A stretch of DNA of 37,045 nucleotides from Candidatus Hydrothermarchaeota archaeon (GCA_964501105.1 CAZCRG010000003.1:1-37045), one strand, 5' to 3'. Shown: positions 28,610-37,045, numbered from the stretch's first letter. Numbers and translations are program-made. Notes: generated by a model not told the origin, from the letters alone.

Positions 28610-29797
28610 TTAACTCCTCAGAGCTTCCACAGGGTTCAGCTTTGCAGCCCGGTAGGCAGGGTAGAGGCCAGCGATTACTCCAATTCCAACAGCAAAACAA
28701 AGTGCAAAAGCTGTAAGAGCAGGAGTTACAGAGGTTTGAAGCATTCCCTCACCAAGATAAACCCTGGCAGCCATATTTATAATTCTTGATATTCCATACC
28801 CGAGTGCCACACCAACAATACCTCCTATAAACCCTACCACCACAGCATCTGCTAAAAATACCTTCATTATCTGAGAATCACTTGCTCCAACTGCTTTCAT
28901 TATTCCAATTTCCTGAACTCTTTCAGTTACATTCATTATCATGGTATTGGAAATGCCTATTGCTCCAACTATTAACGACACAGCAGCAAGGCCACCGAAC
29001 ACAACCTGTACAACCCTGAAGACTTCACTGGCTCTCTCAAAAATTTCCTTCTGTGTAGCCACAAAATAATTCTCCTTTGAATCCTTTCTGTTTTCTATTA
29101 GATTTTCAATTCTCATCCTGACCTCTTCCACATCTGCACCCTTCTGAGCCCTCGCTATAATCATTGTTACAGTATCCCCTGCCTGCACTAAATCTCTGAG
29201 CTGGTCAATGTCTGTGTAGAGAGTGTAATCTCTTGCCCTGTCTCCTGTCTTCTGGAATATTCCCACTACCTGAAAGCTTCTTCCTCTTATTTTTATTGTA
29301 TTTCCAACATTGATTTTCCTTGAAAAGGTGTCATCATGGATACCATAACCAATAACCACCTTTCTCTTGTCCCCCTTACCGAGCCATCTCCCTTTCAGCA
29401 GTGTATAGCCGCCAGTATCGCCAAAGGTGCGCTCAGCTTTCTCTGGGTCTATACCATATATAAGCAGGGAATTCTCTTCTCCTCTGAACTCAACGCTTGT
29501 GGATATGCTGAAGAGGGGTGAAACAAGAGCAACGCCAGGCAACTTCTCTATAGCTTTTACGTCATCGTCATTTAAACTACCTGCTTTGGTTCCATAGGCA
29601 ATCTGTGGGGTGATAATAATCTTATCGCTACCCAGAGTCTCAAGCTGCTCCCTGAGGGCTGCCTTCATTCCTGAGCCCACTGAAATCATACTCACAACTG
29701 CCATTATACCAATAATCACTCCCAGTAGTGTCAGAAAGGTTCTTGCTTTTCTGTGGTATAAATTCTTTATTGAAAGTATAAAGTAGTCGTACATCAA
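28610..29797 (-). CDS. ABC transporter permease, FtsX/MacB-type, paralog of the downstream gene
   Basis: Same architecture. It ends ..YPAYRAAKLNPVEALRS. The two permease genes are separated by 1 nt. Confidence 0.7.
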   Translation of the reverse strand: MMYDYFILSIKNLYHRKARTFLTLLGVIIGIMAVVSMISVGSGMKAALREQLETLGSDKIIITPQIAYGTKAGSLNDDDVKAIEKLPGVALVSPLFSISTSVEFRGEENSLLIYGIDPEKAERTFGDTGGYTLLKGRWLGKGDKRKVVIGYGIHDDTFSRKINVGNTIKIRGRSFQVVGIFQKTGDRARDYTLYTDIDQLRDLVQAGDTVTMIIARAQKGADVEEVRMRIENLIENRKDSKENYFVATQKEIFERASEVFRVVQVVFGGLAAVSLIVGAIGISNTMIMNVTERVQEIGIMKAVGASDSQIMKVFLADAVVVGFIGGIVGVALGYGISRIINMAARVYLGEGMLQTSVTPALTAFALCFAVGIGVIAGLYPAYRAAKLNPVEALRS

Positions 29798-29830
29798 TAA
29801 AAGTATTGCATGAGAATATAAAAGCCTTGG

Positions 29831-30430
29831 CTACTTCTTTCCTGCTTTTCTCATCAGGAAGTAGGTGTAGCTGAATCTCTCTATGGCTGTGGAAAAGGCA
29901 ATTAGTGTTAAGAGTACAAGTCCATAGTAGAGTACCTCTACTGAAGGGTAGAGTCCTGCAACTGCAACTACAAGGGCAGCAATTAAAATAATCAGCCTTT
30001 CAGCCCTCTCCCCAAGACCTACATCACACTTTGGAATAAAGTGCTCGGCTCTTGCTCTGGTGTAGCTTACCATGAAGCTCCCTGTTAAGGCAAGCATCCC
30101 CAGGAGGTACTCCTCGAGGTAAAGAGTTAAACCTATGAGCACAGCGGCATCGCTATATCTGTCAAGAACTGAATCAAAGAAGGCTCCAAAATCTGAGGTT
30201 TTATTGAGAAGTCTCGCCACAGCACCGTCCATAACATCAAAAAATCCTGTAAGTATTAGAAATATCAGAGCCAGAGAAAGTCTGCCCTCGTAGAAGAAAA
30301 AGGCAGTTGAAACACTGGATACAAGGCCCAAAAAGGTAAGTAAGCTGGGGCTAATTTTTAGAAAAGCAAAAATCTTTGCTATAGGAATAATTATGGAATT
30401 TGCTGTACCTCTGAACTTTGAGCTGAGCAT
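29831..30430 (-). CDS. CDP-alcohol phosphatidyltransferase (archaeal polar-lipid head-group transferase)
   Basis: The signature D-G-x2-A-R-x8-G-x3-D-x3-D is present as DVMDGAVARLLNKTSDFGAFFDSVLDRYSD. Confidence 0.75.
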   Translation of the reverse strand: MLSSKFRGTANSIIIPIAKIFAFLKISPSLLTFLGLVSSVSTAFFFYEGRLSLALIFLILTGFFDVMDGAVARLLNKTSDFGAFFDSVLDRYSDAAVLIGLTLYLEEYLLGMLALTGSFMVSYTRARAEHFIPKCDVGLGERAERLIILIAALVVAVAGLYPSVEVLYYGLVLLTLIAFSTAIERFSYTYFLMRKAGKK

Positions 30431-30476
30431 CGCTCAGTTATTGTAAATCTGAAGTATTAAAACTTTGCGTGAGAAG

Positions 30477-31979
30477 ATGAAGGTTCTTTTAATAACAGGC
30501 AAGCTGGCTGAGGAGAGAGTTAAAGCTATAGCTGAGAAGTATGGTGTTGATGTCTACACCTTCAATGTAGATGTGGCAAGCTTTATCACACCCGGGCAGA
30601 TTGTGAGCGAACTTAAAGGTAAGATTGAGGGATATGACGCCATTATAGTCCCGGGCACTCTAGGAGGAAATCTGAGTATAATTGAAGAGGGGCTTGGAGT
30701 TAAGGCATTGAGAGGCACAAAGGACCTCTCTCTTCTTGAGTTTCTTCTCCAGCACCTCGACAGTCTCGAGCTCTCTTCTAAAGAAGCTGCCGACGACCTG
30801 TTGAGGGAGTATATCGTAAAGGCAGCCCTGGAGGAGATTAAAAGCCTTGAGACTCCAGAAGTTAAGGAGAGACTTTTGAAGAAGAAAGGAAACTTCCTTA
30901 TAGGCAGTCTTGGTGTGGGCAAGGATTTTCCCATGCGCATAGTGGCAGAGATTGTGGATGCTGAGAAGCTGGGCAGAAAGGAGCTTGTTGAGAGGGCTGA
31001 GTACTACATAAAAAGCGGTGCAGATATTGTTGATATAGGCATAAGGGAGAGGAATCCTGAGGCTGTGGAGGAAGCTATAGCTGCTCTCAAGCCACTGGGA
31101 GTTCCCATATCCATAGACACTATGGACTCGAAGAATATTGAGGCAGCTCTTGATGCAGGCGTCGACTTAATTCTCAGCTTCAGCAGGGAGTTAATTGAGG
31201 AGCTTCAGGGAGTGAAGGTGGCAAGTGTTATTGTACCCATAGTTGAAGGCAGGCTACCAGAAAGGGCAGAGGATAGAGTTAAATTTCTTGAGGATAATCT
31301 CACTCTGGCGAGGGAGGCTGGCTTTTCAAGAGTAATAGGAGATCCCATACTTAATCACCCCAACTTCAATCTTGTAGAGGCAATTTCTACCTACAGGCTC
31401 TTTGCTTTGAGAAATCCAGATGAGGCACTTCTCTTTGGCGCCGGCAATGTAACTGAGCTTCTGGATGCCGACAGCGTGGGAGTTAATGCTCTTCTGGCAA
31501 GTATAGCTGGAGAGCTTGGTGCTGAGCTTCTTTTCACCACAGAGGCAAGCGATAAGACTCTGGGCTGTGTGAAAGAGCTTTCCCAGGCAAGTAAGATGAT
31601 ATTCCTTGCAAAGAGAAGAAAGTCGGCGCCTAAAGATCTGGGAATTGACCTTCTGGTACTGAAGGAGAAGAGAATTTTCAGGGAGCCTCTGGATGAAGAG
31701 GTCTTGAAAGCAGTGATTGTGAAGGCTGAGAAGGGCCACACCTATATCGAGGATAGAAAGGGATATTTCAAGATTTTTGTGAAGGACAGGATTTATGCTG
31801 CTCATTTCAGGGGAGATAAGGTAGATATTGTAATCTCAGGTAAGAATGCTAGGGATATAAACCATACCATATGCAAACTTGGGCTGATTTCAGAGCCCTC
31901 CCATGGCTTATATCTTGGAAGAGAGCTTCAGAAGGCAGAGTTTGCCCTTAAGTACAACAAGAGCTATCTTCAGGATTAG
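30477..31979 (+). CDS. Dihydropteroate-synthase-like pterin-binding protein with N-terminal extra domain (candidate methanopterin-biosynthesis DHPS homolog)
   Basis: The C-terminal half has pterin-binding-barrel-like segments: ..YYIKSGADIVDIGIRER.., ISIDTMDSKNIEAALDAGVDLI, and GDPILNHPNFNL. The start is set at the ATG at 30477; a TTG at 30465 is also possible. Confidence 0.5.
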   Translation: MKVLLITGKLAEERVKAIAEKYGVDVYTFNVDVASFITPGQIVSELKGKIEGYDAIIVPGTLGGNLSIIEEGLGVKALRGTKDLSLLEFLLQHLDSLELSSKEAADDLLREYIVKAALEEIKSLETPEVKERLLKKKGNFLIGSLGVGKDFPMRIVAEIVDAEKLGRKELVERAEYYIKSGADIVDIGIRERNPEAVEEAIAALKPLGVPISIDTMDSKNIEAALDAGVDLILSFSRELIEELQGVKVASVIVPIVEGRLPERAEDRVKFLEDNLTLAREAGFSRVIGDPILNHPNFNLVEAISTYRLFALRNPDEALLFGAGNVTELLDADSVGVNALLASIAGELGAELLFTTEASDKTLGCVKELSQASKMIFLAKRRKSAPKDLGIDLLVLKEKRIFREPLDEEVLKAVIVKAEKGHTYIEDRKGYFKIFVKDRIYAAHFRGDKVDIVISGKNARDINHTICKLGLISEPSHGLYLGRELQKAEFALKYNKSYLQD

Positions 31980-32112
31980 TATTATTGCTTATATGTTTTC
32001 GGGAAATTATATCAATGGCAGAAATCTATACTTCTCTGGAGCAATACATATCAGGAAGAAAAATGGCAATACGGTAAGTTATTCTAACAATTTCAACGAA
32101 ATAAATCCCAGG

Positions 32113-32970
32113 TGTGTTATCTGCAAAAGATTTCGCTTGTGTATCTTTTTGCAAGAGGCTTTGATGAAGCTATCTCAGGATGACGTGGATAGGATAGTAA
32201 AGCGAGTTGTTGACTACGGTTTGAGCACTGCTTATGTAGCGAGGCAGTTTGGCATTACTCAGCGCAGAGTGCAGCAACTGGTTAAGCACTACATGGATAC
32301 GGGCGAGGTTCCTGTGCTTTACCGTCCTGGCAGGAAGCCTTCTACCAACCACGATAACCTCAGAGATGAAGTATTATGGGCGAAAGAAAAGCTGAAGTGC
32401 TCAGCCACAGGCATAGCGGCATATTTGCGTGAGTAGAAGGGGATAAAGGTTGATAACAACCTTGTGCACAAAATACTCCTCGAGGAGGGTTTAGCCGTGG
32501 AGGAGCTGAACAAGAAGGGCAGAAAGAGACCCTGGGTGAGGTATGAGCGGGAGCATGCTCTCAGCGCTGTGCACATGGACTGGTTTTATCACAGAGGCAA
32601 GTGGGTTGTGGCTGTGCTGGACGATTGCTCAAGGATGGTGCTTGCAGCTAAAGAATGTGAGCGGAGAAGTGTTGAAGCCTCAATAGCTGTGCTGAAGGAA
32701 GCCTATGAGTACTGGCACATCCACAGAGCAACGGCAAGGTCGAAAAGTGGATCCATACGTATAAGCGATTCAGAGACGAATTCTCATCCTTAGAGGAGTT
32801 CCTGCACTGGTATAACCACGTGAGACCCCACATGAGCCTGAACTGGAGAAAGCTGGAAACTCCAGCTCAACGATTCTACTCATCACTGAAGCCATTCATA
32901 CTCGCAAATTTTATGTCCTGGGCGGAGAAAGAGGTGAGTGCATGAGGCGAAATAATTTCCAGATAACACA
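32113..32970 (+). mobile_element. Decayed IS481-like (rve/DDE family) insertion sequence, 858 bp, with 24-bp imperfect terminal inverted repeats
   Basis: The left IR TGTGTTATCTGCAAAAGATTTCGC at 32113-32136 matches the reverse complement of the right IR GCGAAATAATTTCCAGATAACACA at 32947-32970 at 21/24. Inside is a transposase reading HTH, then the DDE core, then HPQSNGKVEKW..WYNHVRPHMSL, with a frameshift and an internal deletion. Confidence 0.65.
32164..32943 (+). pseudogene. Transposase (HTH + rve integrase core), disrupted by a stop, a frameshift and loss of the central DDE segment
   Basis: Frame 1 at 32164-32436 holds the HTH (VARQFGITQRRVQQL). Frame 2 at 32464 to about 32710 holds ..HMDWFYH..AVLDDCSRMV... 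Frame 3, from about 32709 to 32943, holds LAHPQSNGKVEKWIHTYKRF..FLHWYNHVRPHMSLNW... The expected hsDnGsef segment between the first Asp and the HPQSNG..E region is missing. Confidence 0.6.
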
Positions 32971-32974
32971 TTTT

Positions 32975-33105
32975 CTAAAGACAGGAGATATCATGAGGTG
33001 CAGGGAGTTGAAGATAATAAAATGGGATTATTAGGATGAGAGAGAAATAAAATGATTTGGCAGGAGGGGACTGATAATGTTTATGCCTCTGTGGAAGTGG
33101 TTGTT
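32975..33105 (+). pseudogene. 3'-terminal fragment of a third AAA/DUF4143 ATPase paralog, truncated at the IS boundary and containing in-frame stops
   Basis: About 80% nucleotide identity to the last 130 bp or so of the 34533..35819 gene. The translation KIIKWDY*DEREIK*FGRRGLIMFMPLWKWL aligns to KIITWDYEDEREIKWFGRKGRIKFVPLWKWL. Homology begins 5 nt after the IS right IR. Confidence 0.5.
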
Positions 33106-33185
33106 TGGAATGGTGTGAGAGCCAATAATGATGTATTTATATTAGCGACACTTTTTTATATTTTTGTCACTAATAAAGTTACATT

Positions 33186-34448
33186 ATGTTTGACAGGGAA
33201 CTTGTACTGGAATACTATGAAAGATTGGATAGGAAAAAGCAGGAGATAAAACCGAGGGATTTAAAAATAGCACCAAAAAAAGACCTTGCCGTTTCTCTTG
33301 TAGGTCCGAGAAGGGCTGGAAAAACATACCTTCTTCTTGACCTATATTTCAGGAACAAAGAAAAGTTTGTTTACTTTGATTTTGAACATTCTGCCTTTGA
33401 AAATGTAACTCATAAAGATGTTTTTGAGATAATATCCATGATAAACCCAGATGCAGAGGGAGTAATTCTGGATGAAATACAGGTTGTGGAGAACTGGAAC
33501 AAACTGGTAAGAAGTGTTCTTGATTCTGGCTTCAAGGTTATAATCTCTGGCTCATCTTCTAGACTTATGAGCAGAGAAATAGCCACGCAAATCAGAGGAA
33601 GAAGTATAACCTATGTTTTGATGCCTCTGAGTTTTAAGGAATTTCTCCAGTTTAGGAAAATCGCTTATCAGAAAATTTCAATCACAAAAAAGGTAAAAAT
33701 ACAGAAGAGTCTGGAAGAACATCTGATGTGGGGTGGATATCCAAGAGTTGTTATGGGTGATGAAAGAGAAGAAACGCTGAAGAGCTATTACACCACAATA
33801 CTTTACAATGACTTTGTGGAAAGGTTCAAATTAAAGAGTATAGATGTTGCAAGATTCATTTTTGAGTTCTGCTTCCAGAATTTCTCAAAAGAAATCAGCA
33901 TAAGAAAGGCTGTTAACTTTGTGAATTCAAAGCTCGGCGGAAATGTAAAAAACGCTGTTTACGAATACATAGACAAACTTCCTGAAACTCTGAGTGTGTT
34001 TTTTGTGGAAAGATACCATAGGAGTGTTTATTCAAGAAAGTCATGGCCAAGAAAGCTCTATGTCTGCGATACAGGTTTAAGCACAGCAATTGGTTTTTCA
34101 GGTGATGTTGGAAAAAGGATGGAAAATGCAGTCTTTCTTGAACTGCTCAGGAAAACCAACAAAAATCCGTTGATGGAGATTTACTACTTCAAGGATTCTC
34201 GGGGGCATGAGGTTGATTTTGTTGTTAGGGAAGACTTGCAGGTTAGGGAGTTGATTCAGGTTACTTATGCCAACTCCTTTGATGAGGTGGAGCATAGAGA
34301 GATAAGAGCCTTGCTGATGGCAGGAGATTTGCTGAAGTGCAAGAATCTTAAGATAATAACATGGGATTATGAGGATGTGCGCGAGATTTCTTGGTTTGGC
34401 CGTAAGGGAATGGTAAATTTTGTTCCATTGTGGAAGTGGTTTCTGTGA
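33186..34448 (+). CDS. AAA+ ATPase with C-terminal DUF4143 domain (COG1373-type archaeal ATPase)
   Basis: Walker A is GPRRAGKTYLL and Walker B is VILDEIQ. The DUF4143 region follows. A TATA-like TTTTTTATATTTTT lies about 30 nt upstream, so the transcript is likely leaderless. Confidence 0.75.
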   Translation: MFDRELVLEYYERLDRKKQEIKPRDLKIAPKKDLAVSLVGPRRAGKTYLLLDLYFRNKEKFVYFDFEHSAFENVTHKDVFEIISMINPDAEGVILDEIQVVENWNKLVRSVLDSGFKVIISGSSSRLMSREIATQIRGRSITYVLMPLSFKEFLQFRKIAYQKISITKKVKIQKSLEEHLMWGGYPRVVMGDEREETLKSYYTTILYNDFVERFKLKSIDVARFIFEFCFQNFSKEISIRKAVNFVNSKLGGNVKNAVYEYIDKLPETLSVFFVERYHRSVYSRKSWPRKLYVCDTGLSTAIGFSGDVGKRMENAVFLELLRKTNKNPLMEIYYFKDSRGHEVDFVVREDLQVRELIQVTYANSFDEVEHREIRALLMAGDLLKCKNLKIITWDYEDVREISWFGRKGMVNFVPLWKWFL

Positions 34449-34532
34449 ATAGATGATTTCGCAGCCACATCTCTGGAATGTTATATCCATTACTGAGAAA
34501 AATTTAAATATTTTTTTCTCAATTATTAGGAT

Positions 34533-35819
34533 ATGTTTGTAAAAAAATTGGTGGTTGACTATTTTCTCAAGGTAAAGGGAGATATTGAAAACCTGAGAAT
34601 GGTGGAGAGGGAGCTGAAGGTAAAGCCTGAAAAGGGGCTGGCGATTTCAATAATAGGTCCAAGAAGAGCGGGGAAAACAACATATATGAAGGGTATTGCA
34701 AAAAGCATGGGAGAATCCTTTTACATAGATTTTGAGCACACAGCTTTTAGGGCTATTACTCCTGAGGAGGTTATAGAACTTCTTTCTCTATATTCAGAAG
34801 TTTTCGGAAAAACTCCAGAGGCAATTTTCCTTGACGAGGTGCAGAAGCTCAACGGCTGGGAGAGTGTTGTCCGGAGTTTGATAGATACTGGAAAATATGT
34901 GTTCATTTCAGGTTCTTCTTCAAAGCTCATGAGCAGAGAAATAGCAACCCAGCTCAGAGGAAGGAGTATGAGTTATGTTTTGCTTCCCTTCAGTTTCAGA
35001 GAGTATCTCAAAGCAAAAGGCGTAAAATCCGAAAAATACATGACTCTTGAAGAGGAAGGAAACATCAAAAATTACTTGAAAAAATTTCTTACAGACACCT
35101 CATATCCAGGGGTGGTGCTGACTGGAAATTACAGGCTACTCCAGGAGTATTACAACACAATACTCTACAATGATTTTGTTGAGAGGTTTGAGTTAAAAAG
35201 CATTGAACTTTCAAGGTTCATATTTGACTTTATGCTTTCTAACTTCTCCAGGGAATTCAGCGTAAACAAAATTCACAACTTTCTGAAATCTCAGGGCTTG
35301 AGGTTCGGAAAGAACACCCTTTACAGCTATGTTGAGAAGATTCCTGAAACTCTCTCAGTATTTTTTGTTGAGAAGCTGGAAAAGAGCATTTACAAAAAAC
35401 CATGGCCAAAAAAAGTTTATGTGGCAGATCTCGGGCTTGCAAACATAGTCAGTGTTGAAGAAGCTATAGGCTACAGGATGGAAAACCTCGTTTTTCTGGA
35501 ATTGTTGAGAAAAAGCAATGAAAAGCCTGTGATGAGCATACACTACTTTAAATCTACAGAAGGTTATGAGGTAGATTTTGTGATAAAGGAAAGCTTGAAG
35601 GTTAAGGAGCTCATCCAGGTGACTTATGCCAGTGCTTTTGATGAGGTGGAGCATAGAGAGATAAGAGCCTTGCTAAAAGCAGGAGATTTGCTGAAGTGCA
35701 AAAATCTTAAAATAATAACCTGGGATTATGAGGATGAGAGAGAAATAAAATGGTTCGGAAGGAAAGGCAGAATAAAGTTTGTGCCGTTGTGGAAGTGGTT
35801 GCTGAATCTAGATGGTTGA
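34533..35819 (+). CDS. AAA+ ATPase with C-terminal DUF4143 domain, tandem paralog
   Basis: Walker A is GPRRAGKTTYM and Walker B is IFLDEVQ. Moderate identity to the upstream paralog over most of its length, but near-identical (about 90% nt) over the last ~190 bp. Confidence 0.75.
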   Translation: MFVKKLVVDYFLKVKGDIENLRMVERELKVKPEKGLAISIIGPRRAGKTTYMKGIAKSMGESFYIDFEHTAFRAITPEEVIELLSLYSEVFGKTPEAIFLDEVQKLNGWESVVRSLIDTGKYVFISGSSSKLMSREIATQLRGRSMSYVLLPFSFREYLKAKGVKSEKYMTLEEEGNIKNYLKKFLTDTSYPGVVLTGNYRLLQEYYNTILYNDFVERFELKSIELSRFIFDFMLSNFSREFSVNKIHNFLKSQGLRFGKNTLYSYVEKIPETLSVFFVEKLEKSIYKKPWPKKVYVADLGLANIVSVEEAIGYRMENLVFLELLRKSNEKPVMSIHYFKSTEGYEVDFVIKESLKVKELIQVTYASAFDEVEHREIRALLKAGDLLKCKNLKIITWDYEDEREIKWFGRKGRIKFVPLWKWLLNLDG

Positions 35820-35868
35820 TGAAATTTTCAGTTTTTCTCTTTGAGATGAAAGGAGCATTTTTCAGAGT

Positions 35869-36777
35869 TTGCCAGTTGATTTCGCAGAGCTTGAGAGGCA
35901 CGGCGTGAACGCAAAGTTTTATGCTGCTTCTCCGTGCAAGGCTGACCTGATTGTGAAGAGGAAGTCGTGCCTGTGCAGAAAGGCAGTTTATGACGCCGAC
36001 AATACAGTTGTGTGCAAGAGGGCTGTGGTTGATATGGGAAGTTTGTTCGAGATTGAAAGCCCAGCAGATCTTGCAAGAATTATGATTCCAGCTTATTATC
36101 TTCCAAAAACCTGCGTCAATCTGGTGTCAAATAGCTATGGCGTGTGCATTGCAGATAAGTCAACTGGCGAAGTGTTGAGCAAGCTGACTTATCTCTACAG
36201 GAATTATTTCCCGGGAAACTGCATGCCTGATTCTCCTGATATGCTTCCCGATGATACCAGAAAGACAATTGCTGAGTGGCTTGTAGAGGCTGAAAGTTCA
36301 AACTTAAATAATAACTTACAGACCTGCCAGATTCATGCAGAAACTACTTCTGGAGAAGGCGTGGGAATTAATGAAATGACAGGAGAGGTTTATGTAAATG
36401 GAGAGAAAGTCAATTCTGGAGAAATTCATCTCAAAAAGTTCTATAAGGGAAGCGATTCAGTGGATCTGGGAGATTTCAAAGTGTGCGTTTATGACGGCGT
36501 GCCAGCATCCTGGCAGAACTGGTTCGGAGTTGCTCTGGGAAGGAATTTGAATGAAGGAGGATATGTTCCAACTAAATATGGGATAACAAGTTCCGACTGC
36601 CAGCTTGGAGGAGTTTCTGGAAGAAATGACAATAATTTGTATAGATTGTGCTGTGAAATTGACAACTGCATAGGGATTGAATTTGAAAACAAGGGAAAAT
36701 ATGAGGAAACTTTTTGTTTTAATATGTATGGAAGCGACTTAGTGGGAATACCTTGGCCTACTCATCCTGGATTTTAA
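35869..36777 (+). CDS. Hypothetical Cys-rich protein of unknown function. The true start may be the ATG at 36034 rather than the TTG at 35869.
   Basis: The long ORF has 15 Cys, no recognisable motif, no signal peptide and no TM segment. It lies directly downstream of the DUF4143 pair. Confidence 0.35.
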   Translation: MPVDFAELERHGVNAKFYAASPCKADLIVKRKSCLCRKAVYDADNTVVCKRAVVDMGSLFEIESPADLARIMIPAYYLPKTCVNLVSNSYGVCIADKSTGEVLSKLTYLYRNYFPGNCMPDSPDMLPDDTRKTIAEWLVEAESSNLNNNLQTCQIHAETTSGEGVGINEMTGEVYVNGEKVNSGEIHLKKFYKGSDSVDLGDFKVCVYDGVPASWQNWFGVALGRNLNEGGYVPTKYGITSSDCQLGGVSGRNDNNLYRLCCEIDNCIGIEFENKGKYEETFCFNMYGSDLVGIPWPTHPGF

Positions 36778-36809
36778 TAAACATGTAATAAAAAGGTTTT
36801 TCTATTATA

Positions 36810-37043
36810 TTAACCCTTTCCTATTACTAGTTCTCCATTTATTATTAAACTCGAAGCATCCTTATTTTCTCTAATTGAATCTCCCAATTCATCCAGGTCC
36901 CAAACCAAAATCCTCCTCCCAGGATACTCCTTGTCGGCGAAGTAAATAGGGTCGTCTTTTCTCCATGCTCCCCAGTATTCTCTGTGCTTCCCAATAACCT
37001 CATTAAACGGCACTCCATCTCTTGTGTCAACTTCATAAGGCGG
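36810..37043 (-). CDS. Hypothetical protein, 3' portion; the ORF is open to the window end, so the 5' end lies outside the window
   Basis: The minus-strand frame reads PPYEVDTRDGVPFNEVIGKHREYWGAWRKDDPIYFADKEYPGRRILVWDLDELGDSIRENKDASSLIINGELVIGKG-stop with no stop up to the window edge. It supersedes the overlapping 36845..37036 ORF in the other frame. Confidence 0.3.
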   Translation of the reverse strand, partial: PPYEVDTRDGVPFNEVIGKHREYWGAWRKDDPIYFADKEYPGRRILVWDLDELGDSIRENKDASSLIINGELVIGKG

Positions 37044-37045
37044 GA

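Noticed and set aside
31903-32436. 177-aa ORF as given in the track
   Set aside because: Its 5' 260 nt run through the IS left IR and flanking non-coding DNA. The real transposase N-terminal coding region starts at the ATG at 32164 inside the IS.
33052-33249. 65-aa ORF upstream of the first DUF4143 gene
   Set aside because: It overlaps the decayed 3' fragment of the third paralog and the promoter and start of the intact gene, in a different frame. It is an artefact of the pseudogene remnant.

Overview
This is an archaeal (euryarchaeal) chromosomal window of 37,045 bp. The gene content points to a methanogen-, ANME- or Archaeoglobales-like organism: TFB, an Sm protein, the archaeal HMG-CoA synthase/thiolase/DUF35 mevalonate trio, an archaeal-type triosephosphate isomerase, Ftr (formylmethanofuran:H4MPT formyltransferase), a standalone CooS carbon-monoxide dehydrogenase, and a secreted octaheme c-type cytochrome with an archaeosortase-type C-terminal anchor. 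Most of the window is core metabolism and housekeeping, densely packed on both strands. Starts such as TTG and GTG are used, with GGAGG-like ribosome-binding sites. Two tRNA-Pro isoacceptors are present.

The accessory part is the 3' third of the window. It holds a decayed 858-bp IS481-like insertion sequence with 24-bp imperfect terminal inverted repeats. This IS abuts a truncated third copy of a tandem array of AAA+/DUF4143 ATPase genes. A 77-bp MITE-like derivative of the same IS lies 27 kb away, beside an AT-rich island.

Other points of interest:
- a divergent ThyX-like protein with a Cys4 insertion;
- a 56-codon Cys-rich ORF translationally coupled to the DUF35 gene;
- a perfect 12-bp palindrome upstream of cooS;
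- a 13-nt direct repeat in the amtB-glnK / thyX divergent promoter region;
- a dsrEFH/tusDCB-like sulfur-relay operon.

No CRISPR array and no rRNA genes were seen. All calls rest on reading the supplied six-frame translations and the raw sequence by eye. Gene starts are approximate, and homology assignments come from recognised motifs, not database searches.
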